Shown in pieces: positions 1 through 11,560 of a stretch of DNA of 64,000 nucleotides. This DNA comes from Octopus sinensis. Taxonomy: Eukaryota. The stretch's first letter is position 1; every line of letters starts with the position of its first letter. A program made the translations under genes and the position numbers. Location of the stretch: assembly GCF_006345805.1 (NCBI RefSeq), contig NC_043000.1:13516001-13580000 (forward strand), given 5' to 3'. A model generated the notes under the pieces. It had not been told where the DNA came from and searched no databases. It saw nothing but the letters and a program-made list of their open reading frames with translations.

Positions 1-931
1 AAGTTACAGAAGCATCAATGACAATTCAAAACAAACAAGGTCTTCCTTCCCTCAAGGAAACACGAAAAATAGCTGGAGGTAAGGAATACTGAGAAAGAAC
101 TGAATCAACAGGGATTCAGGGGGAGAGAAGCAGAAAGGAGCCCAGGGTCAAGAATAGAGAAGTGTCATTGAAGGCTTATGCACCATAGGGAGTGAATGGG
201 CTTGAGAGAGAGAGAGAGAGAGAGGGGAGACAGACAGACAGACAGAGAGACTTTCTCAGTTCACTATTGAGCCACATTTCATACATGTTAACATTACACA
301 TCCAACAGATCATTCTCTGATACATTTGTCTCCAGCATCAACAGATCTTCTGAACAAACTATTTCATAAAACTTGCCTCTTTGGAAATAGAAAGAAACTC
401 ACTGTTGGCAACAGAGGTAAAAGCTCTCTGAACCTGAACTTCTTCCACCTTTTCTTACTCTAATGACTAAAATTTCTTTGCAACTACCCAGCCTTAAACC
501 TGTTACTTAGGCAAGAGAAAATTTCTCCCACTTCAGTGAACCATATAAGCAACTTAAAGACAATTTCATGGGTGTCTTTCTAATGATTACTTCTGAATAA
601 ATTCTAGGAACTCTAGTTCTTTTGTCAATCTATCAAAACTCCTTTTAGAACTTTGTAAATCAATGGTATAAAGTCTATGGCCATACTCAGCTCTTGTTTT
701 GTTTTGTTTCTTAATTTTTAACCATTTTTACAAAAACACTACTTATCTTACATTACCCATAGATATCACACTTCCAACATATACATCAGATAGCTTTTTT
801 TTTTAGTAAGAGTAACAATTCTTAAACTGGTCCCACCTAGTCTTGCCAATAACACTATCACCCACCCATATAGTTTTGTCACTTCTTACACAGGTCCATA
901 TAGTCTTGCTACCTCTTACAACCCTATACAG

Positions 932-1057
932 TAGTGGTTCTCAAACTTTGTACCGTTGCATAACCCTTAAAATGAATTATGTCTCAAGGAACCGCTGCAC
1001 CAAAAAAAATATACTATATCTTTCTCATATTTTTTCATTGTAGTTCACAAGGTAAAT

Positions 1058-1094
<37 letters not shown>

Positions 1095-1283
1095 GTTATA
1101 TCTTTTTGATAACAATAGATTAGACAGGATGATGTCTATATTACAATAACCAATATGTTGCACATGTATAGTGATATTACGATCATGAAATTAGCATTAG
1201 CTTATCACACTCTTTCCCATGGAACCCCTAGGAATCTTTTGCAGAACCCTAGGGTTCTGGGGAACCCCGATTGAGAAATGCTG
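932..1283. mobile_element. hAT (Charlie/MER5-like) non-autonomous MITE
   Basis: Termini TAGTGGTTCTCAA...TTGAGAAATGCTG. 8-bp TSD CTATACAG (924-931) / CTATGCAG (1284-1291), 7/8 match. Internal (TA)n. Confidence 0.8.
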
Positions 1284-1909
1284 CTATGCAGTCATGCAAA
1301 TAAAGGTAATACTTTCTACTCAAGCCTCATATAGTTTTCACAATAAAGGTAACAATTCTCTTATCGATTGTCACCTGTACTTTACCTTCTATACTGTTAA
1401 TAATTATCTCCAAAGCATGAAATATGGAATAAAAGAGGCTGCAGGACATAGCAAGCAAATCACTTATATCATACCATATAATCTTAAATAAAAAAAAAGG
1501 TATGTTAAATAATGCAGTCCTTGATGCACATTGCCTTATCAGAGAGAAAACACACATCATGGTTATCTGCAGAATAAAATATATTTGATCATAATCGTAA
1601 TTCTCATCAGTCATGGTTCATTTTGGGACTAAACAACAACAACAAACAATAGTAGAACTTCTTACCCATGACTCATTTAGTAAGTGCTGACAATAAAGGT
1701 AAATGTACTTTTGTCTCCTACCTGTATATTACATGTTACACTGTTGTCAGTTATTTCTGTACCATCAAACATAGGTTTGATGGTTCTGAAAATATACTTA
1801 TAAATTATAGAAACATGTTTTATTAAAATAACTGGACATCTTCTGTGATGTTAAGCAAAACACAGCCACATACTGGAAAAGGTATATTTTATAATTTTTT
1901 TATATTTAG

Positions 1910-1920
1910 GTTTTACTGAG
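1910..1920 (+). other. Candidate 11-nt microexon GTTTTACTGAG (probably 5' UTR), paralog A
   Basis: T-rich tract + AG (1908-1909), 11 nt, then GTGAGT (1921). The same 11 nt in copy B are followed by GTAAGT. Confidence 0.6.
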
Positions 1921-2186
1921 GTGAGTAGAGTACTACATTCACATTTGTCCCAGGAAACAATCTGCTTGTGTAAACAACAGGGTTTGAACATGAAAAAAAA
2001 CCAATAAAATTAACCCAACACCTTAACCACTGAGCCACCACTAACTTTCCATCTGGAAATACTAAAAGAAAACAAATCGTAAATAATTTCTTTAATACAA
2101 CTAAAATAATTTGATTTTCTGTAATGAGAGATATCTATGAATAGGTCACTTCAAAGGAGACTGGTGGCTTTAATACCTTTCTAAAG

Positions 2187-2575
2187 AACTCTTTACTCTT
2201 TACTCTTTTACTTGTTTCAATCATTTGGCCATGCTGGAGCACTGCCTTTAGTTGAGCAAATCGACTTCACGACTTATTTTTTGCAAGCCTAGTACTTATT
2301 CTATCGGTCTCTTTTGCCGAACTCCTAAGTTACGGGGACATAACACATCAGCATCGGTTGTCAAGTGATGATGGGGAACAAACACAGACACACAAACATA
2401 AATACACACACACACACACACATATATATGACGGGCTTCTTTCAGTTTCTGTCTGCTGAATCCACGCACAAGGCTTTGGTTGGCTCGAGGCTACAGTAGA
2501 AGACAGTTGCCCAGGTGGCACGCAGTGGGACTGAACCCAGAACCATGTGGTTGGTAAGCACAGCCACTCCTATGC
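2187..2575 (-). mobile_element. tRNA-derived SINE, family A (CORE-like, possibly octopus OR2-type)
   Basis: Same tRNA-like head, central domain and (AAAGAGT)n tail as about 20 other copies or fragments. Examples: 12886-13060, 13570-13950, 18786-19125, 20950-21340, 34945-35325, 39120-39520, 49562-49950. Confidence 0.9.
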
Positions 2576-2764
2576 CTATAGAAATATAAATGAAATGGAA
2601 CTATGATTAATAACAAACATGAATTGAAACCTTGAGGCACCTTTCATACATCTATGTGAAATACTCCATACCACAAAATGAAACATACATAGCAATATAC
2701 CAAATATACATTATACCAATATACTCAACATGTACATCACGAAAACTATGAAATATACAGCTAC

Positions 2765-2765
2765 G

Positions 2766-2820
<55 letters not shown>

Positions 2821-2932
2821 TACATATATATACATTCATATACATACATATACATACATATATATACATATATATACATATATACACACACACACACATA
2901 TATATATATATACATACATATATATATATATA

Positions 2933-2971
<39 letters not shown>

Positions 2972-2984
2972 TATATATATGCAC

Positions 2985-3017
<33 letters not shown>

Positions 3018-3050
3018 CATATAATATATACATATATGTATATATACTAT
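2765..3050. repeat. (TA)n/(CA)n compound microsatellite; similar tracts at 3770-4260 and many other sites
   Basis: Direct reading of the sequence. It accounts for the YI-repeat ORFs in the track. Confidence 0.98.
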
Positions 3051-3236
3051 TATAGTGAGCATATATACCACTGTATCAAACATATACACCACTATACTAA
3101 ACATGCATTTCGCTTTACCAAATATATGTACTACTACACCCAACATATATATACTGCTGTACCAAAACACAACTTCCACTATGCCAAACACCCAAACCAC
3201 AGTATCATAGTGATCCTTGTTCTCTTGTGAATATAG

Positions 3237-3336
3237 TTTTCAACAACCAAAACGAAAAAATTCCAATAAATTCAATAAGTGAGATATTCCAATACCAAAA
3301 ACATTCCTCAAAGACAATGCAACCATTGCAACAGAG
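3237..3336 (+). other. Candidate first coding exon of paralog A: 5' UTR plus ATG at 3317 encoding MQPLQQ(R/S), phase-2 donor
   Basis: Acceptor ttgttctcttgtgaatatAG; donor AG|GTGAGT at 3337; A at -3 of the ATG; no upstream ATG in the exon. Indels versus copy B fall only upstream of the ATG. Confidence 0.55.
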
Positions 3337-3792
3337 GTGAGTGTATAGATAGTTGGGGTGGGTGTTGTAGAATAGTGAAAACAGCAAGGAGTGAGGTTTA
3401 AAGTCAGCTAAAACATGGTTACTACACTTGCAGCTTTATTGTCAGGTGTTTCACTATTAATTGTCTAATCTGTTTAAATATGTTGCATGTGAGTGCAGAA
3501 TTGATTTTGTCACTTGTAACAGCAACAGAAAGTATAATGTTGTCTTACTGACAGTTAGAGAGAAAAATCTATCAACAGCAATGATATATAGCTACTATAA
3601 CGAGAGAGAGATGTTCTTGTAGTTGGGTTTGGCTTTTTTCTCCACCCCACTTTTTTTTCTATTCTTTTACTATTAAAGTTGACTCCTGAGGCATGGCAAT
3701 CTAAAATCTTAAGTCATCACATGATTCATATACATGTTTTTTTGTATTCCACATCTATGCATTTTCTATGACTGTGTGTATATGTGTGAATA

Positions 3793-3889
<97 letters not shown>

Positions 3890-4077
3890 ATATATTATAT
3901 ATATATATATATTATTTATATATATATATGTATATACATGTATGTGTGTATGCATCTATATGTGTATGTATATATATATATATGTATATAAATGTACATG
4001 TATATGTTCGTGTATGTATGTTTGTGTGTGTAAACATATATCATTGTATGTATGCATAGGCATACATATATATATAC

Positions 4078-4131
<54 letters not shown>

Positions 4132-4775
4132 TATATATATATATATATATATAATATATATATATATATATGTATGTACATGTATGTGTGTATGCATCTA
4201 TATGTGTATGTATATATATATATGTATATACACACATACACATACACACACACACATATGACATACATACAGAAAATCAGACAGACACAGATATACATTT
4301 TTATTCAAAGAAGTGCAAGGATGGATGTGTGGCTAAGGAGTCGTCTCAACCATGTGATTTCAGGTTCAGTCCTACAGCACAGCATGTAGTGTAAGTGTCA
4401 TTACTATAGACCCTGGCTCACTAAAACCTTATGAGTGGATTTGGTAGATGGAAACTAAAAGAAGCCTGTCATATATACCTGTGTGCACATGTTTGTGTGT
4501 GTGAGTGTACATGAGTGTGTATTGATGTCTCCGTATCTTGTCACTCGCACGTTAACTGTAAAACAATAAGAGTTTGGTGTCAAGACAAAGGGACAAGTTT
4601 TGCAATCTGCACTAAAAACATTTCTGGCTATTATGCAGTTCGCGTTCGAAAGGACTAGGGGAAATATTATGTTGTCTGGAAACAATGTGAAGTCTGGCTG
4701 TGTGCATAAAAATGTGCATAAAAAATTACCTTCATCAAATTTTATCCAGCTCATGCAAGCATGGAGAAGTAGACA

Positions 4776-5007
4776 TTGACCCTTTAGAGTTCAGATTACT
4801 CAGTCAAAAGTAATGCTTATCTATTCACATTCTTTTGTTTGGATAAATCATGCATTATTTTGTATCTTTGAGATTTCGGTGATTTGACTGTTTAATTTTT
4901 AGAATGACATTGTTGGGAAGGCGTGAGAGGCAAATCTGACCTGATTGAACATGAACCAAGTAGAATATTCAAGCCAGATATGGACAATTTAAATGCTAAA
5001 GAGTTAA
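4776..5007 (-). mobile_element. piggyBac-like MITE with CCCTTTAG termini; second copy at 5531-5756 in the opposite orientation
   Basis: The ends approximate TTAACCCTTTAG...CTAAAGGGTTAA. The two copies are reverse-complement homologues about 500 bp apart. Confidence 0.7.
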
Positions 5008-6029
5008 AATAATGCTTCACAGGGTCAAGGGTAACTGGCCCAAGAGAGTACCTATGTTTGCTAATAACCACAAAGGAATCTAAATCATGACATGTTACCA
5101 AGCCATACTCAATTGTGAGTGACAAATGGCTTGTATCATCGAAGATTAGTTGCTCATTTTCTTCACTATAGAGAGAACAGCTTGAACAGAATACAATTGA
5201 TCTACCCTAATTTGCATAATGGTGCAGTTGCTGACAGCATGAATTAATTAATAAATTGAAGCACTACATAACATTCTAGATAAACTGGGATATGATATAA
5301 AATTGCAGTATATGTTTATAGCAATCATGTATTTATAATAGCTTTGCCGTGCAAAGTAGATGGTGGGAGTTAAAGCAGAGGTCAATTTTGTCTTTTGTGA
5401 AGGTAAATAGCCTAATGGTTAGACTATTCAGCTCATGCTTATAAGTTTGTGGGTTCAATTCCTGAACTGAGCAGCAAGATATGTCCTTGAGCAACACACT
5501 TCATTTCACATTGAGTCATGCAATCCAGCTTTAGCCCTTTAGTATTTAAACTGGCCAATCCAGTCAAAATATTCCATCTGTTTTATGTTCAAACTGATCA
5601 GATCCAAGCTCTCACACCTACCCTACAAAGTTATTCTACATTAAATGATCACAGCATCAAGAGCTTGATGATATGAGATAATGCATGATTAATTCAAATC
5701 AATGTGAATCAATAACCATTACGTTTGATAGAATAATCGGACCTCTAAAGGGTTAAATGAGTGCCAGGCAGTTACTGGCGCAGCCCTCACTTCCTCAAGC
5801 TGTTGAATCTTAAATGGTCTGCTGAGTCAATGGTAAGGGTTACGACTACATTACTAAACCATACTCCTTAGTTTTTCATTTTCCTGACCATAGGGAAAAG
5901 AGTTATTTATAGATACTTATTGCATAGCTTAGATCAGTGCTCTGCAATCGGTATGCTGTGGTACACTGGTGTGCCACAAGACGATGCTAGGTGTGCCACA
6001 GTGTAACCTGAATATAATTTTAATCTCTA

Positions 6030-6345
6030 TACTTTTAGTACCCTCTTTTACGGTATGTCGCCAATCTCTACGGTTGCTGGCAACTGCTTCCCAGTTGCTA
6101 ATATTGATGTTGCAGGCCTTCATGTCCCTTTTGCAAACATCCTTGTATCGTAAGAACAGTCTTCCCACAGACCTAGTGCTCCTAGCAAGCTCTCCGTAGA
6201 GTATGTCCTTGGGGATTCTGCCATCTTCCATACGGCTAACATGTCCAAGCCATCTCATACGTCTTTGTGTGAGGAGTGCAAACATGCTTGATATTCCTGT
6301 TTGCTTGAGGACATCTTTGTTGGGGACATGATTCTGCCATTTGAT
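6030..6345 (-). mobile_element. RTE-BovB-like LINE ORF2 C-terminal fragment (inverted part)
   Basis: Translation LGIKWQNHVPNKDVL...RRMRWLGHVSRMEDGRIPKDILYGEL...RYKDVCKRDMK...WRHTVKEG is typical of the RTE ORF2 C-terminus. Confidence 0.92.
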
Positions 6346-6369
6346 GCCAAGGGAACACAAAGGAATGAC

Positions 6370-6531
6370 AGAGAGAGAGAGGAAAAATGGAAAGACAAGA
6401 AAAGATGTCAACAAGAAACTGTGACATTACAACCAGCCAGGCAAAATCTTCACTACATTTACGGCACCTACCAGAGGGAGTGTTTGTCCAGGATAGGACT
6501 ACACAGCCACAGCAGATGTATTAGAACATGA
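6370..6531 (+). mobile_element. RTE ORF2 extreme C-terminus (degenerate zinc knuckle), non-inverted part
   Basis: Translation EREEKWKDKKR...RECLSRIGLHSHSRC* matches the CxSRIGLxSHxRxC end of RTE ORF2. Confidence 0.8.
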
Positions 6532-7087
6532 AATGTAAAAGCCAGATTAGATTATTTTATGCGCAACTTCATTGTCTCCCGAGACAAAAAGGATGCCAAC
6601 AACAAAATATCTTTAGTTATATTTTTAGTTTTGTGTGCCACCAAAGTTTCAAAAGAATAGAAGTGTACCACAAGTGAAAGCGCTGTCTTAGATAGAACTA
6701 AACTGGTCTGTCCTAATATGCATAACAGTGCAATACTGACAACATGAATGAATTAAATTATAAATAGAAGCACCACACAGCATTTTGGATAAACTGTTAT
6801 GCAATATAAATTTACAACATGTGCTTTTAGTAAACATATTTTAAGCTTTGCAATGAAAAGTTGATGTTGGTGTTAAACCAGTTATTTTAATGCTTTTTTT
6901 TTCGTAGCTAGTAAAAATTATCTGCCTCACTAGTTTCAGCATATTTTATTGCTTCATAAAAGGTTGTTAACTCATGTACCTATTAAAGAATTGCTATATA
7001 CACTCTAAATGTAGTGGACTTTGTAAGACACTCTGTAACCGAGTTGCAGATACACAGTTAATAAAAAGCCATATATCAGAAAATATC

Positions 7088-8730
7088 ATCATCATCATCA
7101 TCATCATTTAGCGTCCGTTCTCCATGCTAGCATGGGTTGGACGGTTCAACTGGGGTCTGTGAAGCTGGAAGGCTTCATCAGGCCCAGTCAGATCTGGCAG
7201 TGTTTCTACGGCTGGATACCCTTCCTAACGCCAACCACTCCGTGAGTGTAAGTGGGTGCTTTTTACGTGCCACCTGCACAGGTGCCAGACAGAGCTGGCA
7301 AACGGCCACGAACGGATGGTGCTTTTACGTGTCACCGGCACGGGGCCAGGCGAGGCTGGCAACGGACACGAACGGATGGTGCTTTTACGTGCCACCAACA
7401 CGGGGGCCAGACAGAGCTGGCAAACGGCCACGAGACGGATGGTGCTTTTACGTGTCACCGGCACGGGGGCCAGGCGAGGCTGGCAACGGGCACGAACGGA
7501 TGGTGCTTTTACATGCCACCGACATGGGGGCCAGACAGGGCTGGCAAACGGCCACGAACGGATGGTGCTTTTACGTGTCACCAGCACGGGGGCCAGGCGA
7601 GGCTGGCAATGGACACGAACGGATGGTGCTTTTACATGTCACCGACATGGGGGCCAGACAGGGCTGGCAAATGGCCACGAACGGATGGTACTTTTACGTG
7701 TCACTGGCACGGGGGCCAGACAGAGCTGGCAAACGGCCACGAACGGATGGTGCTTTTACGTGTCACCGGCACGGGGGCCAGACAGAGCTGGCAAACGGCC
7801 ACAAACAGATGGTACTTTTACGTGTCACCGGCACGGGGGCCAGGCCAGGCTGGCAACGAACATGAACGGATGGTGCTTTTACGTGCCACCTACACGGGGG
7901 CCAGACAGGGCTGGCGAACGGCTACGAACGGATGGTACTTTTACGTGTCACCTGCACGGGGGCCCTGATGTTGATCGACCTCATTTGGTTTGATCTTGAT
8001 TTTGACTGTTCTCACGTCTTGCCGGGTTTTCTCATGCACAGCATACCTCCAAAGGTCTCGGTCACTGGTCATTCCTTGGTGAGACCTAAAGTTCGAAGGT
8101 CGTGCTTCACCGCCTCGACCCAGGTTTTTCTGGTCTACCTCTTCCACAGTCCCCTCAACTGCCAGGGTGTGGCACTTTTGCACACAACTATCTTCAGCCA
8201 TTCTCATCACATGACCATACCAGCGCATACGTCTCTCTTGCACACAACAACTGATACTTCTTAGGTTCAACTTTTCTCTCAAGGTACTTACACTCTGTCG
8301 ATTATGAACACTGACATTACACATCCATCGGAGCATACTAGCTTCATTTCTTGCGAGCTTACGCAAATCCTCAGCAGTCACAGCCCAAGTTTCACTACCA
8401 TGTAGCATGGCTGTACGTACACATGCATCACACAGTCTGCCTTTTACTTTGAGCGAGAGGCCTTTTGTCACCAGCAGAGGTAAGAGCTCTCTAAACTTTG
8501 CCCAGGCTATTCTTACTCTAGCAGTTATACTCTCAGCGCACCCACCCCCGCTACTGACTTGGTCACCTAGGTAATGGAAACTATCAACTACTTCTAGCTT
8601 TTCTCCCTGGAAAGTGACGGAAGTTGGTCTCAGAGCATCTTCAGGGTTAATTGTTCCTGAGCATCTGCCACATACAAAAACCATCTTCCTAGTTAGCCTT
8701 CCTTTGACATTGCTGCACCTCTTATGTGTC
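7088..8730 (-). mobile_element. 5'-truncated RTE LINE: RT C-terminal region, 3' UTR with a tandem repeat, and (GAT)n tail
   Basis: ORF 7941-8786 includes LEVVDSFHYLGD, RVRIAWAKFRELLPLL, AMLHGSETW and RRMRWYGHVMRM. The 3' tail is shared with many short copies (e.g. 20425-20700, 24350-24720, 25190-25520, 37860-38110, 51940-52175). Confidence 0.95.
7255..7960. repeat. GC-rich minisatellite with a 60-63 bp unit (about 11-12 copies) in the RTE 3' UTR
   Basis: Unit approximately GGTGCTTTTACGTGTCACCGGCACGGGGGCCAGACAGAGCTGGCAAACGGCCACGAACGGAT, with two largely alternating variants. Confidence 0.97.
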
Positions 8731-9214
8731 CATATATGTAATATATATATTATATATAATATTATCATCATCATCATCATCATCATTTAACATCCGCTTT
8801 CCATGCTAGCATGGGTTGGCTGGTTTGACTGAGATTTGGCGAACCAGACTCCAATCTGATCTGGTAGAGTTTCTACATGTAATAAATAATGTAATATATA
8901 TAATGTAACATTATATGTTATACAGAATATGTATTTATGTATATGCACACACATGCAAGGTGTGTGTATATACATACACACACACACACACTTGCATTTT
9001 GTATGTCTGTGTATATGTATAGGCATGTAAAAAGCACCTGCTACACTCTTGGAATGGTTGGCATTAGGAAGGGTATCCAGCTGTAGAAACCTTGCCAGAT
9101 AAGATTGAAGCCTGCTACAGCCTCCTGGCTTACCATCCTCAGTCATGAGTTGGACAGTTTGACTGAGGCTTTCCAATCTGCATGGGATATATATAGATAT
9201 ATATATATATATAT

Positions 9215-9475
9215 ATAATAATAAATATTAGGGAATAAATCCAAATTTACAGGGAAAAATCAGATTTAGGATTAAATCCAATTTTATAGTAAAATATTAT
9301 ATAATATTAATTAGAGACAAAACCACTATTTTGCAAAACAAACAAGGAAAAACTTAATCAATACATAAAATTTTAATAAAATTTTAATAAAAAGTAAAAA
9401 AATAAAATTTTATGTATTGATTAAGTCTTTCCTTGTTTGTTTTGCAAAATAGTGGTTTTGTCTCTAATTAACATT
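9215..9475. mobile_element. AT-rich repeat family (possibly Penelope-like UTR) ending in a fold-back palindrome; other copies at 15130-15390 and 22624-22955
   Basis: Shared body AATAAATATTAGGGAATAAATCCAAA...TTAGAGACAAAACCACTATT. Inverted arms at about 9309-9375 and 9403-9469. Flanked by (TA)n. Confidence 0.75.
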
Positions 9476-9940
9476 ATATTATATATATATATATACATAT
9501 AAAGAAAAATACACACAAAAGTTATTACATAGTTTATGTATTTAATAATATATATATATATATTATATATATATATAGAAAGAGAGATTGACATACAGAT
9601 AAATATAGGTAGATATAGATACAGACATATAATCTGTACTCAAGGGCAGTTACTAGAATATATGTATTAAATGAGGGATTTTGTGAGAATAACAACTGAT
9701 ATAGAAACACCCTAAGACATCATGCAATCACTTTGACTGCACAAAAACTGCATGAGATCCAACCGGGTCAAAATCATCAATTTTTAGTTTAATTGTTAAA
9801 CACATAATAATGTTTAAGGGGTATTATAAATACATGTATAGAATTAATTAGTTCATATGTTCTGTTATTGTATGTTACATATATCATGTTCAATCAATGT
9901 TAAATTTACACCACTGGAATAATATATCCTGAATATTGAC

Positions 9941-9978
<38 letters not shown>

Positions 9979-10380
9979 ATGTGTACATATAAATAATAAA
10001 GAAATGAGATGTGGGAGGAAATAGAAAATTTAATATTTTAGTATGGTTATAGCTGTTTCATAGTTAACTCCACATTACATCATAAAATTTCATGCACAGG
10101 TACATATACAATATATATGTTTCACAGACACATTATATACATGCATATATATGCATATATATGTGTGTGTGTGTGCACATACATTATATTATACAATTGT
10201 ACAGTTCTATGATGATGAGTAAAACTAATCTTCACGCCATATTTGGAGATCTTGGAATTGTATCTGCTGCATATAAAAAAAATTTATTCATATTATGTGA
10301 TGCATAGTTCCAATTTCTGACTTCAAATATGTAAATCTATGTATGTATGTATGTATGTATGTATGTATGTATGCATGAGT

Positions 10381-10757
10381 GGAGGTGCAATGGCTCAGTG
10401 GTTAGGGCAGTGGACTTGCCATCATAGGATTGTGGTTTCGATTCCCAGACCAGGTGTTGTGAGTGTTTATTGAGCAAAAACACTTAAATCTCCTCGAGGC
10501 TCAGGCAAAGACTGGTGATGAACCCTACTGTACTCTATCACCGCAACTTCCTCTCACTCTTTCTTCCTGTTTTTGTCGTACCTGTATTTCAAAAGGTCAG
10601 CCTTGTCACACTCTGTGCCATGCTGAATCTCCCCAAGAACTACATTAAGAGTACACGTGTGTGTGGAGTGCTCAGCCACTTGCACGTTAATTTCCCGAGC
10701 AGGCTGTTCCATTGATTCGGATCAACGGGAACCCTCGTCATTGTAATGACAGAGTGC
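10381..10757 (+). mobile_element. tRNA-derived SINE, family C (possibly octopus OR1-type); second copy at 21781-22165
   Basis: Head GGAGGTGCAATGGCTCAGTGGTTAGGGCAG...GGTTTCGATTCCC (A and B boxes). Body is colinear with 21781-22165. Both copies are flanked by (ATGT)n. Confidence 0.9.
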
Positions 10758-10837
10758 CATAGTAATATATGTATGCATGTGTGTATGTATGTATGTATGT
10801 ATGTATGTATGTATGTATGTATGTATGTATGTATGTA

Positions 10838-10877
<40 letters not shown>

Positions 10878-11138
10878 TGTATGTATGTATGCAGTTCTTC
10901 TTTGGAATTGACTTCTGAAGTACCCACAAAGCCATAGACAACAGCATGCAAATATTACATTGAAAAAACTTTTTGGTGTGAAAAAGGAGTCTTTCAACCC
11001 AATACTTATATGCTGTTATTTATGGCTTTGTGCAATTTTTCCAAAGAAGAATTATTCCACTTTCTCTTTAAGGTTTATAAGTTCTTGTAACATCAACAAT
11101 ATATATAAATACATGCATGCACACACACACACACACAC

Positions 11139-11560
11139 ATGGCTGCAGTCTGGAAGATCCTGGAAGGACTTGTACGAAACTTTGGTATTGACAGTTACAC
11201 AAACAGCAGATTGGGGTGTCACTGCATAATGCCAAGGATCTTAACATCACCATCAAAATACAGGGCCAGATACTGTATTAGCTTCGGTTTCAAAGGAACA
11301 CAGCTCTTCAGTATCCTTCCAAAATTCTTGAGAGACCTACATAGTGTGGATGTAGGTGTCTTCAAAACTAAACTGAATCACCTTCTGTCAAGGGTTCGGG
11401 ATGAGCCTCCCTCATGGCAGGAAACACAGACGAGGCAGCAGCATCAAATTCCTTCATTCAACAAAAGGCACATATCAAAGGAGGTTTCAAATAATAAGGT
11501 GTAGCAGAGCCAATGGTGGTGCCCCAGCATGATCACAGTTTTCAAGCTGAAACTAGTCAA
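11139..11560 (+). mobile_element. CR1/Jockey-group LINE 3' end
   Basis: Translation WKILEGLVRNFG...FGFKGTQLFSILPKFLRDL...VFKTKLNHLLSRVRDEP resembles a LINE RT C-terminus. Confidence 0.75.

Larger units (their letters stand above)
1540..3760 (+). repeat. Copy A of an inverted segmental duplication (partner about 27085-30090, minus strand)
   Basis: Manual reverse-complement alignment shows colinear blocks: 1541-1630 vs 30015-30090, 1650-2185 vs 29360-29890, 2580-2710 vs 29230-29360, 3050-3760 vs 27085-27770. The copies carry different SINE and microsatellite insertions. Confidence 0.92.
5935..6685. mobile_element. hAT MITE hosting an RTE insertion
   Basis: Termini CAGTGCTCTGCA / TGAAAGCGCTG, GTGTGCC subterminal motifs, 8-bp TSD GCTTAGAT (5927-5934) / TCTTAGAT (6686-6693). 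Confidence 0.72.

Noticed and set aside
330-700. Possible ancient LINE RT remnant
   Set aside because: Only faint motif echoes with many stops; it cannot be supported without a profile search.
1910-3336. Reading the microexon and the 100-nt exon as one continuous coding frame
   Set aside because: All three phases hit stop codons when joined, so the microexon is better read as UTR.
3415-3468. 17-codon hydrophobic ORF MVTTLAALLSGVSLLIV* in the conserved block
   Set aside because: Too short to distinguish from chance, and it lies just downstream of a strong splice donor.
3536-3558. Partial resemblance to miR-8/miR-200 (TAACTGTCAGTAAGAC on the minus strand)
   Set aside because: The seed does not match (AATACTG is absent) and there is no matching partner arm.
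2711-4264. Many 60-170 aa YI/CV/HT-repeat ORFs, here and throughout the window
   Set aside because: They are translations of (TA)n, (CA)n and (ATGT)n microsatellites, with no coding signal.
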